DNA from: Ylistrum balloti
Taxonomy: Eukaryota
Length of the DNA: 64,000 nt
Assembly (NCBI RefSeq): GCF_031769215.1
Contig: NW_026782546.1
Span: 62,001 to 126,000 of the forward strand
Direction of reading: 5' to 3'
Shown: piece after piece, positions 50,581 to 63,982 of the stretch
Layout of the letters: every line of letters starts with the position of its first letter
How positions within the stretch are numbered: position 1 is the stretch's first letter
The notes under the pieces: generated by a model
The model's database searches: none
Told to the model about the DNA's origin: nothing
What the model saw: only the letters and a program-made list of their open reading frames with translations
Position numbers and translations under genes: made by a program

Positions 50581-53297
50581 ATGGCACCACGACACGTGAT
50601 TATTACAATGGTGTTAACAATTGTTTTCACTAATAGGGTGATACCAAAATTTTACAAAAAATACCCCAAACAGGTTATATTAGTGTCAATGGATGGCTTC
50701 AGATACGACTACCATGAGAAAGCGAATACACCCAACTTCGACGAAATTGAACGGAACGGCGTAAAGGCGAAATATGTCAACAGTACGTTTACAACGAAAA
50801 CACTTCCATCACACTACAGCATTGCGACAGGTAATATAAGTTGTTAGTATTTTATATTAATAACTTGTATAACTGTAATCCATCATTGCTAGTACTAACA
50901 AAAATGACCATCAGTTCTGTTGATGATGTCTGCATTTGTTGCTTTAACTGGAATATTTCTTATAGAGAGTGACACATGTTTACGCTAAACTTAGAGAACG
51001 ATATATGTCGTGTTTGTTCAAAGACACGTAATGAACTTGTCTACCTAATTCTAAGAGACCAAGTTTAAAACACGTAAGCACGTTGGTAGAGAGGTGAACA
51101 CTTGCTGACTATCTTTTTATTAAATATAATTTCGATAAATTCACTGGAGCGTGTTTGTTTGTCGTCGTCAAGGTTGAATAACATAGAGCCTACAAATGTT
51201 AAAATAGATTTAGATCCACAGCTAAACACTTTATCATATAAAGATTAACGTCCCTTCATGTAGAATGACAAAATGCAGTTTTATGAATAATGGGACAAAT
51301 GTGGTCAGTCATTCGTTTTTATATGAAATGTATAACTTCAATCGAAGTATTTCCAGCCAAAAATGCACAGACAAAAATCCAGCATGATGATTATGTTCTA
51401 TATATAAAGAGGGTTCATCAGCTGATTCATACCGCTATACCAAAGATGTACAGATTTCTTCCCTTCAATATAATGGATAAAAGGAAAATAATAGGAAACA
51501 ATTCCTCGTTTCCATTTACCAAAACAATAAATCGCAAAATGATATCTTATTAAGTTCACTGATACTAACTCTATACAAGAACAACATGTAGCTTAATCTG
51601 TTTTGATGGTGTTTTAACATAGGTTTATACCAGGAAAGCCATGGCATAATAGCAAACGACATGTATGACCCAGAATTCAACGATATGTTTTCTATAGAGT
51701 TATTTCCGGACTCCAAATGGTGGACCCAAGGAGAACCGATCTGGATTACAGCCCGGAAACATGGACTGAAGACTGGAACCATACATTGGCCAGGAGGATA
51801 TATAGAAATACAAGGAATGCGTGCAAACAAAATCCACAAATACAATAAATCTGTGCCATTTGAGCATCGACTAGACATAGCAATCGAAATGCTCGTAAAA
51901 GACAATTTCAACTTTGTTGCCTTGTATTTTCACGAACCAGATAATACAGGACATAAATTCGGTCCGCAGTCAAAAGAATTGGTCAAAATGGTTGAGGAAA
52001 TGGACTCACTTTTAGGGAAGCTACTTAATAAGTTAGAAGACAATGGACTTAAAGATTCGGTTAATTTAATTGTTGCCAGTGACCATGGAATGACAGCTAC
52101 AAATTGGGATAATAAACTAATTAATATTTATGATGTAGTACACCGAACAATGATTATAACGACGTTAGAAATTGGTCCTGTTATGCAATTGATACCTGTA
52201 GAAGGGCAAGAGGATGAAGTCGTCAACGCCATCAACAAAAATGCAAACTTAAGGGCCTACAAGAAAGAAGACATACCGGAAGTATGGCATTACAAGAACA
52301 ACCGTAGGGTCATGCCAGTACTGATAGTAGCGAACGAAGGCTGGACAATTACAAACGTAAGTTGATTTTTTTTCAACACTTATTAAATCTCTTTTTTGAC
52401 ATCATCTCGATACAAATAAATCATGTCTCTCATATCATTATCATCATCAATCTTGTATTTGCAGTGACGGTGAATTGATATAATTCGTCCAATGTACGCA
52501 AAGTTATACTACGACTTGTATCGCGTGAAATTCTTTATGCATGGCGTGAAACATATATAAGACTTAATTAGACACAGCTGACAATTTTCAATCGACCTTT
52601 AAAATGATGTAAGAGAGAAACTTTGTAGATGGTCGACACTTCCCGATGGACGAAAGTGTTAATATTGACTCATCTTGAATTTAAGAAATGACAAATATGG
52701 ATTCTTTTTTGTTATGTTTTAAATTTCAAATCTTTTTATACCAGTAATTTTTGTTTTGTATTAACATGCTAGTTTTATGTCATTGCTTTACTTTACCCTG
52801 TGTCATATTTTCAGTAATTTTGAGGAAGACTTATTGCTTAAAATGCAATCCTTCTACAAGCGTATACAAACCCATACGGAGCAGAAAGTAGAAATTGCAT
52901 GTAATTATCAATGGTTTTAGTTTGAGATTTTCGGGTTATCTGTTTCGGATGTGCAGATATTATATATGAATAGATAAGAAAAGTTTTTTTCTATTTATTT
53001 TAACAGGACACAGAACTGTCCAGAAAAATTGGAAGGATTGGCGACCACGGATATGACAACAGCCTCATTACAATGCAGCCAATATTCTATGCCATGGGTC
53101 CAAATTTCCACTCAGGATTTTCCGCACCGCCCTTCAGGACAATAGATATATATCCTATGATATGTAAACTACTTGGTATACCTCCAGCCCCAAACAACGG
53201 TACGCTGGACAATACAATCAGCTTCCTGTTGACTTCCCATGATGGTCCACAAATTTGTAATGGATTAAATTTGGAAGAAAAAAATCGTTTTCCCTGA
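50581..53297 (+). CDS. Ectonucleotide pyrophosphatase/phosphodiesterase (ENPP4/5/6/7-like), 424 aa
   Basis: Exons 50581-50830, 51623-52356 and 53007-53297 total 1275 nt (GT-AG, in phase). Motifs are [59 protein letters not shown] and GDHGYDN, with an N-terminal hydrophobic signal. Confidence 0.93.
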
Positions 53298-56200
53298 CAA
53301 AATCGTCAGTGTATGAATTAAATAAATAAATTTATTAATTAGAATATAATATACTGTTTTTGTATATTGTTACCATTATTCAATATCATTTAATAGACCC
53401 TTTGTATAACCCACAGCATCAACCGTTTGTTTCCTTAATAATTTATATAAAACTAATCTAATTATTCATTAATTTTTTAATTGACAAGTATAATTGAAGT
53501 ATAATTATATATACGATGTATTAAAGATTTGTCTGATAAAACAACAACGTAAATATCAACAAGTCTTCACATGCAGAATCAATGAAACGAGGGTAAAATA
53601 TTGACAAAAGTAGATTTACACAGACAATCCTGAAAAAGTTCAAGGAGAAAAATTCAAGGTAATGTCATGTTTACAAAATGAGAACAAGGTTACCAATGAC
53701 ACACCAGGAATACTTATAATCAGCAAACATGTTCAACTTATTATTGCAAATGGAAATAGAATAGTTCCAAATGATTTCATTTCGACGGCTATAAAACTGC
53801 CCCATAATCTTCATCATCCCGCATCTCGCGAAACCTTGAATTGTGAGATTATCTGTCAGGTGTCCATTTTTGCAGAGATGCTGTGATATTGGAAACACAC
53901 CATTGAAACACAAAGGCAACTGCGATATTCAAATACTATAATTGGGGAACAGGTTTGCTACTATCTAGAAATGGAAAAATCGCCATAGGTAAATCAAATC
54001 ATCAAAGTTCACCATGTTGTTTTTCATTGTAGGAAAATGTCAAGGTAAACGAATAATGTAGAAATGTAACATATCCTTGATCGCAATTCTGTTCTGTATC
54101 CAGCATTAAATGACACTGCATTAATAATAGATCTATTAATAGAATGTCTTGGTGGCTTGTTTTGTTGAGCTCTCAAATAAATTCAGCCTTGAATAAAATA
54201 TTCAGTTGGAGGATAATTGCTGATAGTTTTGATTGCAATTATTATTTTTTTTCAAATCCTAGCCAACAATCTTTGCTTTACACGAAAACTGTCGTTAACC
54301 AAGTAACATCAAAAATATTGAACCTAGATTCTGAGTTTATTTTTTCACACAGGTCTAGCTTAATATCCAACATACACTGTACCTACTCCATAGAGCTTGG
54401 CATGTTACTCTGTTTCCGTCTTCCTCGACTGGCTCGCGCCGCTCGGTAAATTTAGAGAAAAGAAATGCAGATCCAGCGAGCATTATATATTAAATTACCT
54501 ATTATTAGGAATGAAGAACACATAGGCTAGCTAGTTAAACCAACTACAAAGAGCGAAATGATAGAAAAACAACAACATTAATTCGTGTGAAGCTTGAAAT
54601 TTAATGTAATGTATCTGCCTTACTCGACTGGCTCGCGCCGCTCGATGAATTTGGAATAAAGAAATCGTCTTTGGGAAAAAATTGTCTTCAGATGTAGGAA
54701 CCAGTCACTGGGGCAGTAAATTGTGTATTATTATAAATAAACACGTACGTACATAGCTAAGAAAATTACAAAGAGTGAAAGGACAATGACTATGTTGCTT
54801 ATAATTATCTTTATCAAAACATGTGGCTTCGATGAACATTTAGATATAGATGTAGTGCTAGAGTGTACAGCTAATATACTTGTTCACCATAACCATTTAA
54901 CCAATTATCGAGATTATCTCGGCTTTGCCTCACTTGATAATCGATGGCTTACTCAGAAAATCAAAGATTTTGCGAAAGGATGTCGAGTGCTATAGACAAA
55001 TTATTCTATTGTTTCGGGAGATGGAAATTGAATACAATTACAAAACCGACATCCGATTGTCATCGGAATATTATTGATAAACAGGATAGTAGACGCATAT
55101 TGTTTGATAATTTGTATGATTTCGACGTATGTTTTAATATAGAAACGATCTTATTGTTAAATCTGTTCAAAAGTTTATAAAGCAAACGAAGCGTTTTAAC
55201 ACTACCTAATTCTGCACTGTTTGTAGTCGACACTGAATTGATATGTAATTGGTACAGAATTGATATAAAATTGATAAAAAAACCTATCTATCTCTTTTTC
55301 TCTTCTTTTCTTTCTATCCTATAAATCTCATCTTTTCCTCCTTTTGACAAAATGATTTAAACTTACAATAGTACGTCTACGAATTATTTATCTTCATATT
55401 TATAGTATAAATATGTGTTACGTCCAGTATATTGATTATTTGTAATTTCATTTATGGAGAAGAGTTCCTAAGTTGCTAAAACTTGTCTCTGATCCATTTA
55501 TCTGCTACTGATAATAAAATATGTTTAAATCATAGAATAGTCTCACCATTGTTTACAGCTTTATCCTCTTTTTGCTACCAAGGCAAGTCAACATTGCTAA
55601 AAACTGGAGGTTCTAAAGCATCTTATGATTTATTAATTAACAGAACGAAAACTCTCAATAGCAAAGAGAAATGAAAACGGTTGTTGAGAACATTCTGTTT
55701 TTAATAATGAAAACCGGTTAAACAATAAGCATCGCCTTTACAAACCCGACTAAAACTATATTGCCTTTCACCATATTTTGACTACAAACTCATGTCTATT
55801 TTTAAGTAAAGATGATAGACAGCCCTCTCTGCAATCTCTGTAACTCTAAAACGGAAACTTGTATATTTATTTTGAAGATTTGTTTGTTTTTTATATTAAT
55901 TTTCATAATCTAGATATGTTGTCAAAGACCTTATAAATACATTTACTGTTACCATGGAAACAGATAACCCTCATCACAAATTCCAGTTTTTCTTGGCCAA
56001 TGCTCTGAAACTATTCAAGATAATTGCAGAAAACTTACATTTGTTACATTAGTAGTTTCTTTAGTTATGGGGAAGTTCACCATTTAAATACTATTTCTAT
56101 TTCCATGGAAACAATTGGCGTTCAAGGTAATTACCTGTTACTCAAAACTTTGGACAGGCATCAAGCTAGTGCTCTAGTGCAAGTTCTCAATTTCAGTACA

Positions 56201-56354
56201 TACCAAATAGAAATCAAGCTTGTTTTGATATTAACATATATCTGTGATTGTGTGCGGGGCGCGGGGATAATGTCACGTCAAACGACGAAATAATTTGGAT
56301 TGAATTTTCTTCTGATAATAAGAAATATCTTTTATGTGTATTATATAAGCCTCC

Positions 56355-59300
56355 ATGACAAAACTGCTGAAACATTCTCTTGATATATCCTTTGATTATA
56401 CACCTCAGGTTATACTGACAGGGGATACTAACATTGACTTACCTACTGGAAATAACAATGATCTCACCTTCCTTAAACAACAACACAATTTAACAAACAT
56501 GGTAACAAGTCCGACTAGAGTAACAAACAATACACATTCTCTTATCGATCCATTTTATATTAGTGATAATGTATCCTCCGATTCATCCATCGTTGTACCT
56601 GTTCTGGAAGCTATAAGTGATCACAGAGCTAGCATTGTGTTTCTATTGTCCTATCAACCAAAACCGAAATCTTTTAAAAGGAAAATATGGTTATACAGTA
56701 GAGCAGATATTTTAACCCTTCAAACTGAAGCTAGACAAGTAAACTGTGTAAATTTGTTTTCCGTCACTGATGATGTGAGCGAGGAATGTGTTTTATTCAC
56801 TGAAAAACTTACTTCCATTTTAGGGAAACATATTCCTAAAAAACTTATAACTGTAAATAAAGTTAACAAACCATGGATGAACAGAGATATAAGAAAAGAA
56901 ATTCAGCGGAGAAATAGATTAAGGAAGTATTTTTCAGAGTTAAAACCGCACATTCAGAAGCTAAATACAAACGTGCAAGAAACGAAGTAAATAACATGCT
57001 TAAACATGCTAAAACACATTTTATGATAATGTTGATGGTCTCATCCGTAACAGTTCAGCTAGTCCGAAAGTAAACTGGAAACTGGAAAGCGCATGCTCTT
57101 ACAACGTAACACTTCTACCGACATACCTCCCTAACTAAATCCTTCTAACAAACACATAACTACTGATGACTATATCAAATGCAATGTCTTAAATAACTTC
57201 TTTAATTCTGTCTCTGACCTTATGACCCTGATGATGTCAGACCCTACTTTAACTATACAACTGACTCTTCCTTTACTGATATTGAAATAACAGAACAAGA
57301 GGTTTTAGACACTATTAATATTTTAGACATTAACAAAATAGCTGGTCCTGATGGCATAAGTCATAGAATGTTAAAAATGATATCTAGTGAAATAGCTAAA
57401 CCTCTCACCCATCTATTCAACGAATCGTTTCGTACCTCTGTTTTTCGTGATTCGTGGAAATTTGCTTACGTGACAACTATATTCAAAAAGGGGGAACCTG
57501 AATTGGCAAATAACTACAGACCTATTTCTTTACTTAGCTGCATCGGCAAACTTTTTGAACGAATAATCCATAAACATCTTTATAACTACCTTTTCACTAA
57601 TAATCTTCTATACAAATTACAATCTGGCTTCTTGCCAAATCACTCTACGACTCACTAACTTATTGAACTCTACCACAATATAATTTTAGCACTTGAGAAT
57701 CACGAATCTACAGCTCTCGTTTTCTGTGACTTTTCTAAAGAGTTTGACCGAGTCTGGCATAATGGTTTGTTAATTAAATTAGGAAAATATGGAATAAGGG
57801 GTAAAGTCTTAGAATGGATAAAAAAACTATTTAAGCAACAGATGTCAATCAGTTGTTCTTAAAAATATTGTCTCTCGAGAAGTATGTGTTAAAGCCTGGG
57901 TTCCCCAAGGTTCTGTTCTAGGCCCTCTTCTCTTTCTTGCATACATTAATGATATTTCAAACACTCTTTTATCTATTACTAGACTTTTCGCTGACAATAC
58001 TGCATTAGCATACTCTTCTAAACATTTACACGATCTAAAACAGGTAATAAACTACGACATGCAATAGCTGAATCTTTGGTCTCAAAAAAAGGTTAATGAG
58101 CTTCAATCCAACTAAAACTGAAATACTCATGATTTCTAACACAAATATACCTTCTAACCCATATTTTCTCTTTGACAACACACCCATTCCTATCGTTAAC
58201 AAACACTTAGGAGTAGTTATAAACAGTAATGGTACTTGGAACTCTCACTTTGGTGACATTTTGACAAAAACTACTAAATATATCGCAACACTTAGGAAAC
58301 TTAAGTACAACTTGAACAGAAAAAAAACTTAGAAAAAATATATCTTGTTTTCATCAGACCACTTTTTGAATACGCCTGCGAAGTGTGGGACAATTGCAAT
58401 ACCACACTTTCAAATAAATTAGAAAATATTCAGTATGAAGCAGGTCGCATAACTACAGGATTATCAGTATTTACTAAAAACATATTTACAGGGAGCTAGG
58501 CTGGCAATCATTGGCGGACAGACGTAAAAATAGGAAGTTATCTATGTTTTATAATGTTACTTCATATCTAAAATCTCTACTACCACCTACTGTGTCAAAT
58601 TCTACAAATTACAATCTTAGAAACAGAAATAACATTCAAAATCCACTCTATATGCTACACTTATAAATTCATCCTTTATACCAAGCACCTCAGACTCCTG
58701 GAATACTCTACCTATCGAAACTAAGTAATCTGATTCTATCAAACAATTCAAAACTCTTCTACCTCATCTTACTCTCCCTACAAATATTATATAATAAAGT
58801 ACGGGTATAGGCAAGTAAATATAATACATTGCCAACTCCAAAACCGCAGCAGCTCCCTAAATTATGATCTTTACAAAACACGTCTTCGACCTAAATCTTC
58901 TTGCAGCTGCGGACATCATTCTGAAGACTATAGTCATTACTTGCTTTTCTGTAACAACTTTGATCAATTACGTAATATAATGCTTCACTCTATTTACTGG
59001 TACAACGAAATAACTATTGAACACCTTCTATTTGGGGGCGAAAATCTCGATACTGATAAAAAATATTGTCATCTGTAGGTCTGTACAATAATTTATGTCT
59101 AGTTCTAAACGTTTCAGTCAGTTCTTAGCCGACTGGATTAGGAAATGACAGTCACCAAATCCACAGAATTACTGCCCCCACCCCTTACCTCAATTTTGTT
59201 TTCTCTTTCTCATTTTCTAAGCCTATCTTTAACTAAAAAATATGAAAAGTTCTAAGGCTATTGCGTGACTATCTTAATTTGTATGTTTTTATTTGTTATG

Positions 59301-59375
59301 GAAAGGCCGTAAGTCAGTTATTATAACTTTTGTCCAATCCTGTTGTATTTTGTTTGCAATAAAATTGATTTAAAG
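56355..59375 (+). mobile_element. Near-full ORF2 of a degraded CR1/L2-group LINE (APE endonuclease, RT, C-terminal Cys/His motif)
   Basis: ILTGDTNIDL, LIDPFY, SDHR (endonuclease). YRPISLLSCIGKLFERII, FCDFSKEFDRVWH, VPQGSVLGPLLF, FADN (RT). SCSCG...ED..HYLLFC (terminus). AATAAA at about 59358. Many stops and frameshifts. Confidence 0.92.
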
Positions 59376-59589
59376 TAATGTCACGCTTTGCGTTATCTTG
59401 TCGTCTTTTGTTTTGTTCTTTTGTGCATGACTTATTAACATATGGAAACTTTTTATTTCAACTTATGAAAATCAAGCTTGTTGTAAGCATGCGAGGGGTC
59501 TAACTGTAGGAGGAAACCCGTATCCCTTTGGGGGAATAAAACCCCCGACGGCTAGGTGAAAGACAAGTGTGTTTGATCAGTGTTTTCTA

Positions 59590-59619
59590 GAAGAAGAAGA
59601 AGAAGAAGAAGAAGAAGAA

Positions 59620-59655
<36 letters not shown>
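59590..59655. repeat. Compound microsatellite (GAA)10(GAT)12
   Basis: Read directly from the sequence. Confidence 0.97.
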
Positions 59656-59856
59656 AATCGGTAAATGTGTATATGCCGATGGTTTGTTAAAAACTTGCGA
59701 AATATACAACAAATTTTAAATCATGCTTCTGTGCATACATGGATCAGGCAGTTAAAAACGTGTATCTTTTTACCAACTTCTGCTCGCTCTTAGGCAGTGC
59801 CTATTAGTTTGTGTTACGAAAAAGAATCCCCCAAAACGTTGGGTATGTTACAGATG

Positions 59857-59901
59857 TGCACATGTGCATAATTACTTTCGGTTTGACAGGAACCGGAAGT
59901 G
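59857..59901 (+). promoter_or_regulatory. Putative HADH proximal promoter: ETS/GABP site CCGGAAGTG and NRF1-like palindrome TGCACATGTGCA
   Basis: CCGGAAGTG at 59893-59901 and TGCACATGTGCA at 59857-59868, within about 100 bp of the HADH ATG. Confidence 0.45.
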
Positions 59902-59958
59902 CATTGTATATCTCCCAACTCGGTGTGTGTCAGTCGTTACGGTAGACTCGGCGAAATC

Positions 59959-62900
59959 ATGGCTCACTTCGTAAAGACATGCGTTCGAAGATTTTCCACG
60001 TCCGCAATGCGTGAACAAGCTATAAAGTGTGTGACTGTGATAGGAGGTGGGCAGATGGGAGCTGGTATTGCACAGGTAACTATTGTTAGTCGAAAACTGA
60101 GCAGCCGACAGTGTTACCTGAAAATTTGCACAGCGACCTTTGACCAGGACGGGTTCAGTTTAGAGCTATCTAGAACACGGTATCTACAGGGAAAACTATT
60201 AAACTGATACAACATTCTACTTGCGTATTCAGATTTTGATAGAGTAATTGCATAAACTTGTAAGGTAATTAAATGTTACTTTTTAGAAAATTTAAATAGT
60301 GCAACTGCCACATGGGATTCTCACCGATATAAAACTGTGAATGAGTCGTTATCGTTGGTTGACCCAGAATTGAAATGAACTTATCAATGTCGCAGCATGT
60401 TCTTCATGCCTTCAAGAAAACACATTAATCCTTCTCATTTACATGGTTGTAAAATTGCATGCTGGGTTATTTGTTTAATAAAATAAATACCCTTATAGTT
60501 TTACAGAAATTTATATTTGTCTACTTTATGTCTTAGTTTCCTCTGGTTCCAACCAACAGGAGTCGTTACACATTTTGATGTCTGGCGTGAATGGCTGTAT
60601 ATCTTGTCATTGTAATTTGTATTGGGTTTAATTTATTACAGAACACAATGCATAATTTATAAAAAGTAGTTTAGTTGAGGGCAAAATATCTGTTGAATTG
60701 TTTGTATTTTAACAAGACAAGAGAGGGGAAAATCAAAATTTCCATTTTAAAATAAAGTCCAGGATGCAAAATAACATGTGACCTTCAAACGCTGTTTCAG
60801 TGAAAGATGACATCATAATACTATGCCCTCCTATCTCCTCTGAGAAAGAGAGAGAGAAAAAAGAACCTCACATATATACACAAATTACTTGAAACAAAGA
60901 TAGGTATTAGATGCAAGGATATTCCAATAACTCTAACTAAGTTAAAGCAAATCTTTTAACATCCTTAGAATCTCAAAATGTCAGATGCATGTTTTAAACA
61001 ATTGAACTCTATTTTGTCAACTGCAATTGACTATTTTAAGAGTAAGAATGCTATAGATGCGTCAATCAGTCCAATCTTGCCTCCAGTGGATAACCAGAAC
61101 ACAAGGAGAAATGTTAAAAACTACATAGAAATAGATTCAGGACTAATATAAAGGGTCATGCTTTCAGAAAAAGAACTGACACACTTGGAACTCTCTACCC
61201 AACAATGATGTCTAGGCATCTTCCCTGAACTGAACTGAAATTAAGACTAAATAAACACTGTTCTAATCAACAAAGCTAGTTTTTATCCAGTTATGTGTAG
61301 ATATTACATACATTTTATATTCCATCATCCCACTGCCTAATCACAAAGTTGAAGTGAAGTAGCATTAATATTCATCAATAGAAACATTTATTGTAATGAA
61401 GATGTAAGAACCGTGATCCAAGATTTTAAAGATGAAGGCTGATAATGAAGGCTGTTGCATTGCCTTATATTAAATAGAAAGCCCATCGGCCTGCCTTATC
61501 TACATATTTCAACTTTCATTTCAAAACATTTTATTCACCATTAATTGAACAGATATAATTTGTAAGCTTCAAATTAAAAATTTACAAAATACTGATATAT
61601 ATGTATATAACAAACTTATCATTTTGATTACAGGGATGATATAGGTATCTGATAATGACATTAATGTTCAATATAATCAAAAGTTGATAAAAGCATGCTT
61701 CAGACCAATTTTGAAAAGAATTCTGCCATTCCTGGAGATGGAGAATTTTTCAAATCAGACTAAATTTCCCATTTTGGGCCCAGCCCTCAGACCCCAGCTT
61801 GTCAAGATCCACCATTTCTACAAAATTGATTCCCTTTCCCACATAGATGATTCTTAATTTTCAAAACACTTACATCCTAACAGAGTAATGAAGTATTTCC
61901 CCTCTGCCCTCAAAGACTCCAAGGATGCTACAAACCAAATTCGGACAAAATCCAATCATTTCTATAGAAATAGAAGGATTTTAAATAGCTGGCTTAATTT
62001 TCCATTTTGGTCTGTGCCTCTGAAGCCCAGAAGGCCTTGACCCACCATTTATACCAAATTGGTTCCACCTTTCATCAAGGATGCTTCTTATCTTAATCAT
62101 TCTTAACTTATGGCAATTTTTAGGAAAAATGATTAACAGCTCTTCAATATGGCATAAGCTCACAAATGGGACTAGAGATTCCACAGGACCTTGATGCAAC
62201 ATTGTTTGAACGTAACTTATCCTTTGAAAAAGTTAGAGATCTTTTCACTTGTTTTCTATTGTTTCTTTCATTTTTGTTCTTAATTACATGAAATTTGAAA
62301 ATTCCTCTTAAGAAATAGTGATAATAATCTTTGTCAAATCAAAGATTGCTTATGGGCTATTTTGGGTTTTTTTCTGATCAGTTCTCATCCCAAAATCAAA
62401 AGGACACATGTAAAGACCAATGCGAACCTACATATGAAATTTGACAAACATCCATCCAGTATTTCGCACCAGAAATAGCAATTATAAGTTTTCTTTTTCA
62501 AAATCCAAGGTGACCTTTTGTCAGCTATTTTGTTTATCTGTTCAGTCTCAAAATCAAAAGGGTGTAAATATGGAGCCAACATTGGAAATTTAAGAAAGAT
62601 TCAAGATGATCATTTGTTTATCTCATCAGTCTGAAAATCAAAAGGGCACAACTAGAGACTAAGAGGAACCTTCATATGAAATTTTAGAAAGCTTTGTTGA
62701 CTACTTCTTAAGAAATACTGATAACAAAGACAACTGGCATAGAGCGATTTGAACTACCCATCATTTGATCATGATCGGTTTTAAATAAGTCACCAATTTG
62801 TGGTGATATCAACTATACAGTTACTCATGTGACTAGTAGTTTATTTTCACAGTAGCATAAGTAAGCAGTTTATGGTATGTTTAACTCCCAATTAAACAAG

Positions 62901-63982
62901 TAACTGGTGTCCTGATCTGTCTCCTAGCTTATTATCTTGATAGGAATCAGTCTATTAGTAACCAGTATATGACATATCTGATGGTCAATATATATAAATA
63001 ACTTCTTTACTACCAGTAGATCTCAATAACTAGTGTATTGTAAATTTGATTACCTATTTATGTGATTTAGTAATTAGTCTATAGGTAACTAGTATATGAT
63101 ATATCTGATCACTTATTTCATATTTGTTAAACCACTCTATAAGTAACCAGTTATTGTATACTTGGCTACCTACTTAAATAATAATTGTGGTTTTATCTGA
63201 TTTATTGGTAATCAGTTAAGTTAGCCAATTCAATCAAAATATGAGTAACCAGTTCTGGTATATACTCAATGTTTGTATTTGAATGTTTGTCTATTATGAA
63301 GTTCTCATTAGTTATTTATACATTTATCTCTAGTGCGATTTCACTATTAATACTTCAAATTTGCCTTATATTTCATGATGCTTGTAACCACATAGTAAAT
63401 CAAGCCGACACAGCACAGTCTATATATTTATTTATTAAATAAAAATTCATCAGAAATGATATCAGATTTATAAATCTAAGTAGCCTGGAGAAACTACCTC
63501 TCTTACATACTATCCCCAACCTCATTCCACTCTCCCAACCCCTCCCCTCCTTACATTCCAATGATACCATCACTCGTTTCTTTCTGACCCCCTCCCCTCC
63601 ACACTCTCCATTACCCCTTTTTCTATCCTCGCTTCATCATTTGTTTGTGCAAGTGAGAATGACCCAGTATATAATTATCAATTAATAAATAAGAGTTTAT
63701 GGGTTTTTCATGTACATGTATTGTGTATGTTTGTTTTACATGTATAATTCTTCAAAAATAAAAAAATATATAAAAAAGAAAATGGTTTTTTAAAAATCTG
63801 ATTTGATTAGTTAAAATTGGTCACGACTCCTCCATTATTTGACATTGATATAGGTTGCAGCAACTACTGGACATCAAGTTGTAATTGTGGATCAGTCTGA
63901 GGATATTCTAGCCAAATCCAAGGCTTCTATACACAAAAGTCTGCAAAGGGTAGCCAAGAAAAAGTTTGCTGAAGATGCTAAG
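59959..63982 (+). CDS. HADH: Mitochondrial short-chain 3-hydroxyacyl-CoA dehydrogenase, exons 1-2 (gene continues beyond the window)
   Basis: Exon 1 at 59959-60075 ([18 protein letters not shown] transit peptide; [15 protein letters not shown] Rossmann motif; CAG|GTAACT). Exon 2 at 63854-63982 ([43 protein letters not shown]; TAG| and AAG|GTTTGT). Confidence 0.95.
62290..62700. repeat. Degenerate tandem units with AAAATCAAAAGG core (bivalve-type repeat internal array)
   Basis: TCAG...CAAAATCAAAAGG at about 62390, 62550 and 62635, each followed by ATATGAAATTT or GAAATTT motifs. Confidence 0.5.

Noticed and set aside
55948-55961. RFX X-box GTTACCATGGAAAC
   Set aside because: Near-identical motifs occur in repeat-like contexts (about 36657, 56098) and no nearby TSS or ciliary gene is evident.
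59590-59655. Poly-Glu/Asp coding exon
   Set aside because: There are no flanking splice sites or open context. It is a compound microsatellite next to a SINE-like remnant.
59899-60207. ORF-track version of HADH (102 aa)
   Set aside because: The true start is ATG 59959 and the exon ends at the donor at 60075. The remainder is intron read-through.
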